Positions 51,918-61,039 of a DNA stretch of 64,000 nucleotides are shown in pieces. The stretch covers positions 10,713-74,712 of the forward strand of contig DASYQX010000073.1 in the NCBI GenBank assembly GCA_036004985.1, in the 5' to 3' direction. The notes under the pieces were generated by a model. The model was not told the DNA's origin, made no database searches, and saw only the letters and a list, made by a program, of their open reading frames with translations. Made by a program: the position numbers and the translations under genes. Each line of letters begins with the position of its first letter. Positions within the stretch are counted from its first letter, which is position 1. The DNA comes from Gemmatimonadales bacterium. GTDB taxonomy: Bacteria; Gemmatimonadota; Gemmatimonadetes; Gemmatimonadales; GWC2-71-9.

Positions 51918-54704
51918 TCAGAAATCGGCTGTGAACGCGGCGTATGCCTGCGGCGAACCAACGGCCGGCTGCGCGACGCCCACCCGGAGGCGTAACGGAA
52001 AGTCGTAACTCAGTGTCAGGTCGCTCACCAGCTCGACGCCCGCCGACCGCAGCCGATGCAACCGCGCCGGTTGCCCCGAGTCCCAGGCGTCGCCGGCGTC
52101 GCCGAACACGGCGAGGGAGAACTTGTCGACGCCGAACGGCAGGTGGCCGACCCCCTTCCCCACCAGCGCGAGCGGCACGCGATACTCCAGCGTGATCGTG
52201 GCCGCTCGACGGCCGCGCACGGTGCCACCGGCATAGCCCCGGACCGGGAACGCGCGCGCGGTGCCGAGCGACACGGTCTGTCCGAAGCCGACGTCGAGCG
52301 CCTCCGAAGAGACGCCCCCCACCGCGAAGCTGTGGCGTATGGACCCATCGATCGCACCGGCGGCCAGGCGGACCGCCAGGACCGGATGCGCGAAGCCACC
52401 CAGGCGTGGCCCCAGGCGCGCGTACAGCGCCAGTCGCCCGCGGACCTCGTTCGACCAGCGGGCGGTCCCCTGTTCCTCGCGGCGCCGGTACAGCATGCTC
52501 GCGACGAACCCGTCCTGACGAGACACGGTGAGCGGCGCGGTGATGACGTGACCGACCGCCAAACCGACCGAGCCTCCGACGAAATCCTCGGGCAGGCACC
52601 CGGCGCAGACGGCGGTCACCGTCGTGTCCGGCGTGACGGCAAACCGCGTCCCCTCGTATTCGGCGGCGAGGCGGATGCTGGCGACGGTGCGCCACCGCCG
52701 CGTGACGACCGTGGCGCCGATCGCCGCATCGAGCTCGTCGTTCAACAGGAGCCGACCCCCCGTCGAGCCGATCACGTGCCAGTTGTTCGATGCGGACGCG
52801 TCGAGCGTCGGGTTGCCGAGCGCGCGCGTGACGAGTGCGACCCTGCCCTCGGCGCGAGCCGGCTTCACGGACAGAAGTCCCTCGATCAGGTAGACGTAGC
52901 GGCCCACGGCGTCGCTGCCCGCCGTGATGCCTCCGAAAAAGGCGCCGGCGGCGCCGGCGTCGCGGCCGAGCGGAATCCAGAAACGTGGCCGCAGCGATGG
53001 CCAGGCGTCGTAGCCGGTCTCGCGCGTGACGACGGCGGGGGCGGAGTCGAACGCCACCGGCGCCGGGGCGACGGCGACCGGCTCGTGGCGCGTCGCGGGG
53101 GGGGAGGCCGCGCGCAGCTCCCAACCGTCGCTCGCCAACGTGGTGAACAGCATAGTGTCGCTCGGAAGCATCGCCGGTGAACGCGCACCGAGCGGCTCAG
53201 TAGTCAGCTGCGCGACACCGCCGTCCGGTGTCCACGAGTGCACCTGGGGGAAGCCGTCGGCATCAGCGACGTAGAGCAGCCCTCGCCCGCCGCGCACCCA
53301 GAGCGGGTCGGTGACGACGCCGGGCGGCTCGACGAGTACCACGATCGACTCGGGCGCGGCCGCCGGCCAGCGCACCAGCGCCCAGCGTCCCTCGCGGTGA
53401 CGCGTGGCGGCTACCCAGCGGCCGTCGGGGGACGGGACGATCGCACCCCAGGTCGTCCCGGGTGGGTCCGGCACGCCCGCCACCGCCGGCGCGTTGTCGC
53501 CTGGTCCGAGCGCGATGGCCGCGCCGACCCGACCCCCGCGCGGCTCGATGAGCCGCGCGCCGCGGGTGGCGCGCCGCCAGGCGCCATCGGGCAGCCAGTG
53601 CCACAGGTCGCTGCGGATGTGCCAGCGATCGGTGAACTCCAGCTGCGCGACGATCAGCGTATCGCCCAGCCAGTCGTAGCTGACCTCCCCCGTCACACGG
53701 TGCGAGCGGAGGACGCGCCAGCTCGCGACGTCCGCGACCCGCAACCGCGGCGCGCCGCGGCCGTCATCGTGCAGATAGGCGACGCTCCGCCCGTCGGGCG
53801 AGACGCGCGGCACCGGCGCGCTCCGGAGGGACCCGACAATGCGCCGGCTGGACGAGGCACTACCCGAGGTTGGGATCGCCCCCGCGATCGCCCGCGCCCA
53901 ATCGTCGCCCAGAGAGCGCGGCGACCCCGCTCGACGCAATTGGCTGCCGACGCGGAACGGGATGAGCTGACCGCCCGTGGCTTCGATGAACCGGGGCACG
54001 AGGGAATCGCCGGCGCGCCGGCCCAGATCCTTGAAGAAACGGCTCCCGTACGCGTAGGGAGCCAGGCCGTCGGGCCAGCGCGTGAAGAACCTCGCGTCCC
54101 ACGACGAGCGGGCAGTGCCGGCGGCGGCGTCCGCCGCGGTCACCTGCCGGTGAAAACTCCCCACCGCGCGGCCGGCGCCCGTGAACCGCGACTCATAGTA
54201 GGTGGCGAGCCCTTCGACCACCCAGCTCGGCTGGTACTCGTTGGGGAACAGCCCCGGTGCTCGGCCGAACATCGACTGCAGCACCGCCCAGATGCCGCGT
54301 GAGCGGTCGAGATGAAAGACGTGGGTCAGCTCGTGCACCGCCACGAGGCGCACCCAGCTGTCGTAGTCTTGGAGGCCAGGGTCGGCGACGGGGGGCACGA
54401 GCAATAGCGTGACGCGATTCGACGGATAGGTGGACGCGAAGCCGTTCGGGACATCCACGTCGTCGGCGAGTGTGAGGTCGATGATGCCGCGTGGCGCATG
54501 CAGCTCGGAGGCGAGCAGGCCGTAGGCGCGCTCGGCCTCTCGTGCGGTCTCGCCGGCGACGGCCCGATACGCCGGCTGGAAGTGAATGCGGAAGTGCTCG
54601 GTGTGCAGCGTTCGCCAGCGGGCCGACGGATCCTGCGCTGCGGCACCGCTGGCGAGCGCGAGGAGCAGCATCGGCGTAACCGGACAGCAGCGGGCGGCGG
54701 TCAT
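51918..54704 (-). CDS. outer-membrane fusion protein: HExxH peptidase-like + TolB/PD40-like propeller + Omp85-type beta-barrel
   Basis: Signal peptide. VAVHELTHVFH zinc motif. SPDGRSVAY / SPDGRWVAA PD40-like repeats. C-terminal barrel ends ...AAFTADF with a terminal aromatic residue. Confidence 0.8.
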   Translation of the reverse strand: MTAARCCPVTPMLLLALASGAAAQDPSARWRTLHTEHFRIHFQPAYRAVAGETAREAERAYGLLASELHAPRGIIDLTLADDVDVPNGFASTYPSNRVTLLLVPPVADPGLQDYDSWVRLVAVHELTHVFHLDRSRGIWAVLQSMFGRAPGLFPNEYQPSWVVEGLATYYESRFTGAGRAVGSFHRQVTAADAAAGTARSSWDARFFTRWPDGLAPYAYGSRFFKDLGRRAGDSLVPRFIEATGGQLIPFRVGSQLRRAGSPRSLGDDWARAIAGAIPTSGSASSSRRIVGSLRSAPVPRVSPDGRSVAYLHDDGRGAPRLRVADVASWRVLRSHRVTGEVSYDWLGDTLIVAQLEFTDRWHIRSDLWHWLPDGAWRRATRGARLIEPRGGRVGAAIALGPGDNAPAVAGVPDPPGTTWGAIVPSPDGRWVAATRHREGRWALVRWPAAAPESIVVLVEPPGVVTDPLWVRGGRGLLYVADADGFPQVHSWTPDGGVAQLTTEPLGARSPAMLPSDTMLFTTLASDGWELRAASPPATRHEPVAVAPAPVAFDSAPAVVTRETGYDAWPSLRPRFWIPLGRDAGAAGAFFGGITAGSDAVGRYVYLIEGLLSVKPARAEGRVALVTRALGNPTLDASASNNWHVIGSTGGRLLLNDELDAAIGATVVTRRWRTVASIRLAAEYEGTRFAVTPDTTVTAVCAGCLPEDFVGGSVGLAVGHVITAPLTVSRQDGFVASMLYRRREEQGTARWSNEVRGRLALYARLGPRLGGFAHPVLAVRLAAGAIDGSIRHSFAVGGVSSEALDVGFGQTVSLGTARAFPVRGYAGGTVRGRRAATITLEYRVPLALVGKGVGHLPFGVDKFSLAVFGDAGDAWDSGQPARLHRLRSAGVELVSDLTLSYDFPLRLRVGVAQPAVGSPQAYAAFTADF

Positions 54705-54713
54705 GGGTCGCGC

Positions 54714-54743
54714 AAGCTAGCATTGCCCCTTTCGACCCGTCAA
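54714..54743 (-). promoter_or_regulatory. sigma70-like promoter TTGACG-18-TAGCTT, 9 nt before ATG 54704
   Basis: Minus strand reads aaaTTGACGggtcgaaaggggcaatgcTAGCTTgcgcgacccATG. Confidence 0.45.
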
Positions 54744-54758
54744 TTTGCCCAATAGATT
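54731..54758 (+). promoter_or_regulatory. sigma70-like promoter TTCGAC-16-TAGATT upstream of the FHA/kinase operon
   Basis: -35-like 54731-54736 and -10 54753-54758, 39 nt before GTG 54798. Overlaps the divergent promoter. Confidence 0.35.
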
Positions 54759-54797
54759 GGCCTACCTTACTTTGCGCCCTGTGGAGCACACCCGCCC

Positions 54798-55826
54798 GTG
54801 ACCGCCTGCCACTACTGCGGCCGCCAGAACGAGGCCGGCGCGCAGTTCTGCACGGACTGCGGAAAACCGCTGACCACAACCGCGGCCGCGCAGGCCGCGG
54901 CCGCGGCGGGAGGGGGGGGTGGCACCCGCCCGCTTGCGGTCGGGGCGGGCGCCCCGGCGGGTCCCCCTCCTGAGACCGCTTCCTGTCACTTCTGCGGCGC
55001 CACGATCAACACGCAACTCCCATTCTGCCCGCATTGTGGCCGCCGGCTCACCGCCCCAGGGTCGGGCCCTGTCTGCTCGCGCTGCGCCTCCCCTGTAGGC
55101 CCAGGGACGCGCTTTTGCGCCACCTGCGGCGCGCCGCTCGGGGATGGCGTCTCCACCAGTTTCACCCCGCGCAGCGACTTCACGTTCTCACTCGTGTTGC
55201 TGGATGACACGGGGACCGAAGTGAAGCGGTTCGAGCGCAAGCACGCCATCACCACGATCGGGCGCGTGGAGGGCGACGTGCGGTTCCCCGAGGATCCGTT
55301 CCTCTCGCCGCTGCACGCCAAGGTGTCGTGGGAGGAAAGCCACCTGGAGGTGCGCGACCTGGGGAGCCGCAACGGCACCTGGGTGTTCCTGGGAGCCCCG
55401 CACCGGCTCGCCGACGGCGATCTCCTCTTGATCGGCTCGCAGTTGATCCGGTTCCGGCGCCTGGGCTACCCGGGGCCGCACGCCGCGGACGCCGACGCGA
55501 CCAAGCGGATGGGGAGTCTCGTGCCCGCCGCCGATATCGCGAGCCTGACCCAGCTGCGGCCCGACGGCAGCGCGCGCGACGTGATCCAGCTCTCGCCGGG
55601 GCGCGACGTACACATCGGGCGGGAGCGCGGCGACTGGATCTTTCCGTACGACCCCTCGATGAGCGCGCAGCATGCGACGATCCGCTCCGAGGACGCCGAT
55701 TTCGTCGTGCTCGACGACCACAGCCGAAACGGTATCGCGATCGCGGCGCACGGGGCCATGGTGCTCGAGCACCGCTCGCGAATCATGGTCGGCGACAAGC
55801 TGCTGCGCGTCGAGCTGCCGACGTGA
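54798..55826 (+). CDS. triple zinc-ribbon + double FHA domain protein
   Basis: Three CxxC..CxxC ribbons (CHYCG..CTDCG, CHFCG..CPHCG, CSRCA..CATCG). Two FHA cores (TTIGR...SPLHAKV...DLGSRNGTWV and VHIGRE...SAQHATI...DDHSRNGIAI). Confidence 0.85.
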   Translation: MTACHYCGRQNEAGAQFCTDCGKPLTTTAAAQAAAAAGGGGGTRPLAVGAGAPAGPPPETASCHFCGATINTQLPFCPHCGRRLTAPGSGPVCSRCASPVGPGTRFCATCGAPLGDGVSTSFTPRSDFTFSLVLLDDTGTEVKRFERKHAITTIGRVEGDVRFPEDPFLSPLHAKVSWEESHLEVRDLGSRNGTWVFLGAPHRLADGDLLLIGSQLIRFRRLGYPGPHAADADATKRMGSLVPAADIASLTQLRPDGSARDVIQLSPGRDVHIGRERGDWIFPYDPSMSAQHATIRSEDADFVVLDDHSRNGIAIAAHGAMVLEHRSRIMVGDKLLRVELPT

Positions 55827-57382
55827 AGATCTGCCCCGTCTGCTCCACCGAGTACCCGGATGACGTGCGGTTCTGCCCCAACGACGGGCAGACGCTCCGG
55901 GCGTCGGGGGCCGCGACCAACCTGGTGGGACAGGTCGTGGCGGACCGCTATCACGTGATCAAGAAGCTGGGCGAGGGCGGGATGGGCCAGGTGTACCTCG
56001 CCGAGCACGTGAAGATGGGACGGCGCAGCGCGATCAAGGTGATGAACCCCGCGATGGTGCACGACCCCGATGCGGTAGCGCGGTTCAACCGCGAGGCGTC
56101 GAACGCGAGCCGCATCACCCACCCGAACGTTTGCGCGATCTACGACTTCGGCGAGACGCCTGACGGCCTCATTTACCTCGCGATGGAGTTCATCGAGGGG
56201 GAGCCGCTCACGGACCTCCTCGAGCGTGAGGGCGCGCTGCCGGTGCCGCGCGCCGTGAGCATTTTTCTCCAGGTGGCCGAGGCCCTCCAGGCGGCGCACG
56301 ACCTCGGCATCGTGCACCGGGACCTGAAGCCCGACAACGTCATGCTCATCCGCCGGCGCGATGGCGGCGACGGCGTGAAGGTCGTGGACTTCGGGATCGC
56401 CAAGGCGGTCGGCGGCGACGAGTCCGGCCAGAAGGTGACGAAGACCGGGTTGGTCGTGGGCACGCCCGAGTTCATGAGCCCCGAGCAGCTCTCGGGCGAC
56501 AAGGTCGACGGCCGCAGCGATCTCTATTCGGCGGCGTTGGTGCTGTATCAAATGCTCACCGGCAAGCTGCCGTTCGAAGCGAGCACGCTGCAGGAGACGA
56601 TGATCAAGCGGCTGACCGACGAGCCGACGCCGCTCGCCCAGTCGCGCCCCGACCGGACCTTCCCACCGGGCCTGCAGGCCGTGCTCGACACGGCGCTCGC
56701 CCGCACGCCGGTGGAGCGCTACCAGACCGTGGGAAAGCTCGCCGCCGATGTCGGCACGGCGACCGGCGTCCGCGCCCAGGCCGCCGCGATCCCGGCCACG
56801 CGCGGCGGCAGCGACGCCAAGACTCAGCTGCTCGAGGCCAAGAAGCGTTCGCGGGTTCCGGTCTTGGTCGGGGTGGTCGGCGTCGTGGCGGCGGGTGGCG
56901 CGGGCTGGGCGCTGCTCAACGGCGGGAGGGGAGAAGGGCGCCAGACAATCGGTCCGGACTCGGGCGCCGTGTCCCACGACACGGCGGGAAACCGCACCAA
57001 CCCGCAGACTGGAGACACGGCGCGACGGAACACCGGAGGGAGGCAGACGCTGGCGAACCACGACTCTGGGGGAAGGCCACGCGTGGACGTGGCTCGGGCC
57101 GGTGCGCTGCTGGACGATCTCTTCGAGAAGCTCGACGGCAAGACGCTGGCCGCCACAGTCGTCCGGGATTCCGCGCAGCACATCTACAACGCGGCCGGCA
57201 TGGCGCGCGCCGACCAGGCGTTCGCGGCGTATGTCCTCGCGAACTCGTTCGCTCAACTGGACGACGAGCAGCCCGGGCGGGGGCACAAAAGCACTGCGCT
57301 GCGGTGGGCGCGACAGGCCGCCGTTTTGCAACCCGGCACCCGGTCGTATGACCAACTGGTTCACGACCTGAGCCAACCCTAG
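55823..57382 (+). CDS. Ser/Thr protein kinase with N-terminal zinc ribbon and TM
   Basis: CPVCS...FCPNDG ribbon, GEGGMGQVYLAEH, HRDLKPDNVM, DFG, SPEQ, TM VPVLVGVVGVVAAGGAGWALL. GTG overlaps the upstream stop (GTGA). Confidence 0.9.
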   Translation: MKICPVCSTEYPDDVRFCPNDGQTLRASGAATNLVGQVVADRYHVIKKLGEGGMGQVYLAEHVKMGRRSAIKVMNPAMVHDPDAVARFNREASNASRITHPNVCAIYDFGETPDGLIYLAMEFIEGEPLTDLLEREGALPVPRAVSIFLQVAEALQAAHDLGIVHRDLKPDNVMLIRRRDGGDGVKVVDFGIAKAVGGDESGQKVTKTGLVVGTPEFMSPEQLSGDKVDGRSDLYSAALVLYQMLTGKLPFEASTLQETMIKRLTDEPTPLAQSRPDRTFPPGLQAVLDTALARTPVERYQTVGKLAADVGTATGVRAQAAAIPATRGGSDAKTQLLEAKKRSRVPVLVGVVGVVAAGGAGWALLNGGRGEGRQTIGPDSGAVSHDTAGNRTNPQTGDTARRNTGGRQTLANHDSGGRPRVDVARAGALLDDLFEKLDGKTLAATVVRDSAQHIYNAAGMARADQAFAAYVLANSFAQLDDEQPGRGHKSTALRWARQAAVLQPGTRSYDQLVHDLSQP

Positions 57383-57386
57383 GGCC

Positions 57387-58418
57387 ATGTTCGGACGCTC
57401 TCCCAAGTCCATTCGCATACAGGTCTTCGGCAAGACCGATCTGGGCCGCACCCGGGACCACAACGAGGACCGCTTCCTCGTCGCCGACCTGGGCCGGCGG
57501 GACGCCTCATTGCAGCCGCAGGTGCGCCAGCACGAGCTGGGGGAGCGAGGCTCGCTGTTCATCGTCGCGGACGGGATGGGCGGCGCGGCCGCGGGGGAAC
57601 TGGCGAGTGAAATGGCGACCAACACGATCTTCGCACACCTCGTGAAGACCTGGAATGCCGAAGATGAGCTGACGCCGCAGCGCTTCGCCTACCGCCTGAA
57701 GGAAGCCGTCGAGGTCGCCAACTCGAGCATCCACGCCCACGCGAAGGCACATCCCGAGGTCAAGGGTATGGGGACAACGACGACGGCGGCGGGCGTCCTC
57801 GGCGACCACCTGTACCTCACGCAGGTGGGGGACAGCCGCGCCTACCTGATCCGGCACGGTGAAGCCCATCAGCTCACCAAGGACCAGTCGCTGATGCAGC
57901 GCCTGGTCGAGGCGGGGGAGCTGACCGAAGAGGAAGCGGCGCAAAGCGAGCGGCGCAACATCATCCTCCAGGCGCTCGGCCCCGACCCCAAGGTCAAGGT
58001 CGACCTCACGCACCAGGAGATCCGGCGCGGCGACATCCTAGTGCTGTGCTCGGACGGCCTGTCGGGGCAGATCAAGAAGGAAGAGATCGCCGAGATCGTC
58101 AGCAACGCCCCCGAGCTGGGCGCCGCCTGCGACAAGCTCGTCGCGCTTGCGAACCAGCGGGGCGGGCCCGACAACATCACGGTCGTCATCGCCCGGTTCG
58201 ACGGCGAGGGCCTCCGCTCCTCCGGGGAGCACGAGGACGTCGGGCACCAGGTGTACCCGCTGATCGACACCGAGACGAGCACGGAGCCCGTCCCCATCTA
58301 CACGGGGAGCCGGCCGCCGGTGCCGGCCAAGGAGACCCGCGGCCGGTTGCTGACGACGCTGCTCGCGGCGCTGGCGGCCGCGGCCGCGCTCCTCTGGTAC
58401 TTCACGCGGAACGGGTGA
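57387..58418 (+). CDS. PP2C-family Ser/Thr phosphatase with C-terminal TM
   Basis: RDHNEDRF, ADGMGG, TQVGDSR, and CSDGL motifs. C-terminal LLTTLLAALAAAAALLWYF. Confidence 0.9.
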   Translation: MFGRSPKSIRIQVFGKTDLGRTRDHNEDRFLVADLGRRDASLQPQVRQHELGERGSLFIVADGMGGAAAGELASEMATNTIFAHLVKTWNAEDELTPQRFAYRLKEAVEVANSSIHAHAKAHPEVKGMGTTTTAAGVLGDHLYLTQVGDSRAYLIRHGEAHQLTKDQSLMQRLVEAGELTEEEAAQSERRNIILQALGPDPKVKVDLTHQEIRRGDILVLCSDGLSGQIKKEEIAEIVSNAPELGAACDKLVALANQRGGPDNITVVIARFDGEGLRSSGEHEDVGHQVYPLIDTETSTEPVPIYTGSRPPVPAKETRGRLLTTLLAALAAAAALLWYFTRNG

Positions 58419-59878
58419 GAGCCCAGTTCAAGTTCCTTTCCGGCGCGCGCGCCGGGCAGGTCGAGACCTTCCGGAAGGCGTACATCGGCCTCGGCCGGCA
58501 CCCCCTCTCCGACGTACGGTTTGACGCTGAGCGCGATCTCGACGTGTCATCGCGCCATGCGGCCATCGTCCGCAAGATCGAAGGCTTCGTGCTGCAGGAC
58601 CTCGGGAGCCGCAACGGCACGTTCGTGAACGGGCAGCGGATCGCCGGCGACACGATGCTCAAGGACGGCGACGTCATCGGCTTCGGCGCCTCCGGTCCGG
58701 CGGTCGAGTTCCGCGCGATCGAGAGCGACGCCGGAGACCAGCCGGCGACGGCGGCCGCCGAAGCGCTGGCGCAGCGGGTCTCCACACCCCGCGACCTGAT
58801 CCGCGCCACGCCGGCCGCGTCCGGCGCGGCCAGCGGCGCCGGCCCGACGCCCGCCCGGCGCTCCAGCACCGCGGTCCGCATCGCCGTCGAAGTGGCCCGG
58901 CAGACGGCGCAGCTGCGTCGCACGACCAAGGTGCTCATCGCGCTCCTCATCGTGACGGCGGGCGCGTTCGCCTGGCTGCAGTGGCAGGCGGCCCACCGGG
59001 CGCGCGAGCTGGTCCAGCTGCAGGCGCGGGCCGACTCCCTGATGCGTTCCGCGCAACAGCTGTCCGCGCAGTTCCATTCCGAGCTGCAGGGCGTGCGCGA
59101 TGCGCTGGCCGAATCGCAGGCGGAGACGGCCCGGCTGCGCCGCGAGCTCGTGGGCTCCGGTGGCGACGCCGCGTCGATGGCCCGGCTGCGCACCCGGTTG
59201 GACGACGCCGAGCGCCGCCAGCGGGCGCTCATCGACGCCGTGGGCGGCGTCGACTATCGCGCCATCTCCCACAAGAACCAGGACGCCGTCGCCATCGTGT
59301 TCGTCGAGTTCTCGGAGACGGAGAGCTACAGCGGCACGGCGTTCGCAGTGGACTCGAACGGCACGCTCGTTACCAACAAGCACGTTCTCGTCGGCGAGGA
59401 CGGGACGCGCACACCCCGGCGCATCGGAGTCATCTTCTCCGGCAGCATCCAGTTCTGGCCGGCCCAGCTGATCGGCGTGTCGCCCGAGGCGGACGTCGCG
59501 GTGCTGCGCGTCACGATCAAGGGCGGCACGCCGCGGGTCGCGGGCCTGGCGCGCTCACGCCAGGGGATCGAGCGCGGCGACCCCGTCGCCATCATCGGCT
59601 ACCCGCTCGGCTTCGACTTGCCGATGGAGGCGCAGGGCCAACGCCCCATCGCCGAGCCGACGTTGACCGTCGGCACGGTGAGCAAAGTGCTCACCGCGGT
59701 CGTGCAGGTGGACGGATACGGGGCGCCGGGCTCCTCGGGCAGCCCAATCTTCGACCGCGAAGGCCGGGTCGTCGCCGTCCTGTACGGCGGCCAGGGGGAA
59801 TCCCAGGGCAAGATAGTCTTCGGGGTACCGGCCTACGTGGTCGCGGACTACCTGCGGAGCCTCGGCTTAGTGAAGTAG
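58415..59878 (+). CDS. FHA-TM-coiled coil-trypsin-like (S1C) serine protease
   Basis: FHA core (IGLGRHP...SSRHAAI...DLGSRNGTFVNG), TM VLIALLIVTAGAFAWLQW, helical region, and a protease domain (TAFAVDSNGTLVTNKHV ... GAPGSSGSPIFD). GTGA overlap with the PP2C stop. Confidence 0.85.
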   Translation: MRAQFKFLSGARAGQVETFRKAYIGLGRHPLSDVRFDAERDLDVSSRHAAIVRKIEGFVLQDLGSRNGTFVNGQRIAGDTMLKDGDVIGFGASGPAVEFRAIESDAGDQPATAAAEALAQRVSTPRDLIRATPAASGAASGAGPTPARRSSTAVRIAVEVARQTAQLRRTTKVLIALLIVTAGAFAWLQWQAAHRARELVQLQARADSLMRSAQQLSAQFHSELQGVRDALAESQAETARLRRELVGSGGDAASMARLRTRLDDAERRQRALIDAVGGVDYRAISHKNQDAVAIVFVEFSETESYSGTAFAVDSNGTLVTNKHVLVGEDGTRTPRRIGVIFSGSIQFWPAQLIGVSPEADVAVLRVTIKGGTPRVAGLARSRQGIERGDPVAIIGYPLGFDLPMEAQGQRPIAEPTLTVGTVSKVLTAVVQVDGYGAPGSSGSPIFDREGRVVAVLYGGQGESQGKIVFGVPAYVVADYLRSLGLVK

Positions 59879-61024
59879 CGGGCCCGGCCAGGTGCTGGGC
59901 ACCAGCTGCGCCGTCGGGATGACGGCGCGGGCTTTCACGGGATCCATCAGCCGGACCCCACCGAAGAGCACCGCCCTCCTGAGCCGCCGCATGCCGATCT
60001 TGTGCCACACCCTGACGAAGTACGCGCTGTCCGCCGCGGCGTCGAGCACCACGCCGACTTCGTCCTCGTCCGGCACGCTCACCCGATGGCGGCCCGGCTC
60101 GACCTCGACCATGAGGTAGGAACCTTGGTCGATCTGCCCCACCGTGAGGCTGTCAACCGCGATCATGTAGCTCACGGATCGGTCCGTGTAGGGCCGTCGC
60201 TCCGTGTGGTAGACATAGATCCGGGCAGTGCCCCGCGACGGGGTGAACGAGAGCGCGGCGACCTCGGCCTTGTATGAGGCGGAGGCTATGCGGCTGGTCC
60301 AAGCCGCATTGCGGCAGCGCACCCCGTCGGTGCGCGTGGGAAAGATGCGGCGGGTGGCGCTGTCGAGCTGCCACGCCCGCCGCACATCGGTATAGAACGC
60401 CGCGTCCGTAGTGCGGACCTCCGCGACGATGGTGCCGTTGGGCACCGTGTCGCCCCGGCCGCAAACTGTCGTAAAGTGGTAGGCGACCGGCGGGAGGGGG
60501 ATGATCACGGGCGACTCCGGGATCCATCTGAGGCGTCCGCCAATGCCCTCTTCGGCCACCGTGATCCAGCGTGTCACCCGAGAGCCGACGACGCCGCCCA
60601 CCACCGCGCCGGTCAGCATCCCCAGCATCATCAGGTACTCGTTCTCCTTGTCGTGCTCGAGGGCGATGAGCCCGCCGGCACGGAATCCGAGGTCCGCGCC
60701 GATCGAGGTGCCCGGATACGGGATCTTGAGCCGCTCGATTGCGGTCAGCGGCAGCGTGCGGGCGCCGCCGGCGTCCCGGCTCTCGCACCCGGGCGTCCGA
60801 TCATCGCACACGACGAGCTGCTGGGCCTCAGGAGCGAAGGAGACGAGAAGGGGACCGGTGACGACGTCGCCGTCCTTGAGGTGAGCCCGCACAACGGCGC
60901 CGCTGTCGAAGAACACTTGCGAGCCCGGCGCCGACGCCGGTTCCGGGGCGTACGCCCAGGGAGAGTGCTGGCAGTGAGCGGCGAGGGTGACGGCGGCTGT
61001 GCAGGCGAGGGTGATGGCGCGCAC
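59867..61024 (-). CDS. secreted protein with C-terminal DUF2846-like domain
   Basis: Signal-like N-terminus. The C-terminal ARIYVYH......IAVD....G.I..GSYLMVEVEPGRHRV pattern resembles DUF2846. Confidence 0.65.
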   Translation of the reverse strand: MRAITLACTAAVTLAAHCQHSPWAYAPEPASAPGSQVFFDSGAVVRAHLKDGDVVTGPLLVSFAPEAQQLVVCDDRTPGCESRDAGGARTLPLTAIERLKIPYPGTSIGADLGFRAGGLIALEHDKENEYLMMLGMLTGAVVGGVVGSRVTRWITVAEEGIGGRLRWIPESPVIIPLPPVAYHFTTVCGRGDTVPNGTIVAEVRTTDAAFYTDVRRAWQLDSATRRIFPTRTDGVRCRNAAWTSRIASASYKAEVAALSFTPSRGTARIYVYHTERRPYTDRSVSYMIAVDSLTVGQIDQGSYLMVEVEPGRHRVSVPDEDEVGVVLDAAADSAYFVRVWHKIGMRRLRRAVLFGGVRLMDPVKARAVIPTAQLVPSTWPGPLLH

Positions 61025-61039
61025 GTGTTCCGGCCGTCC

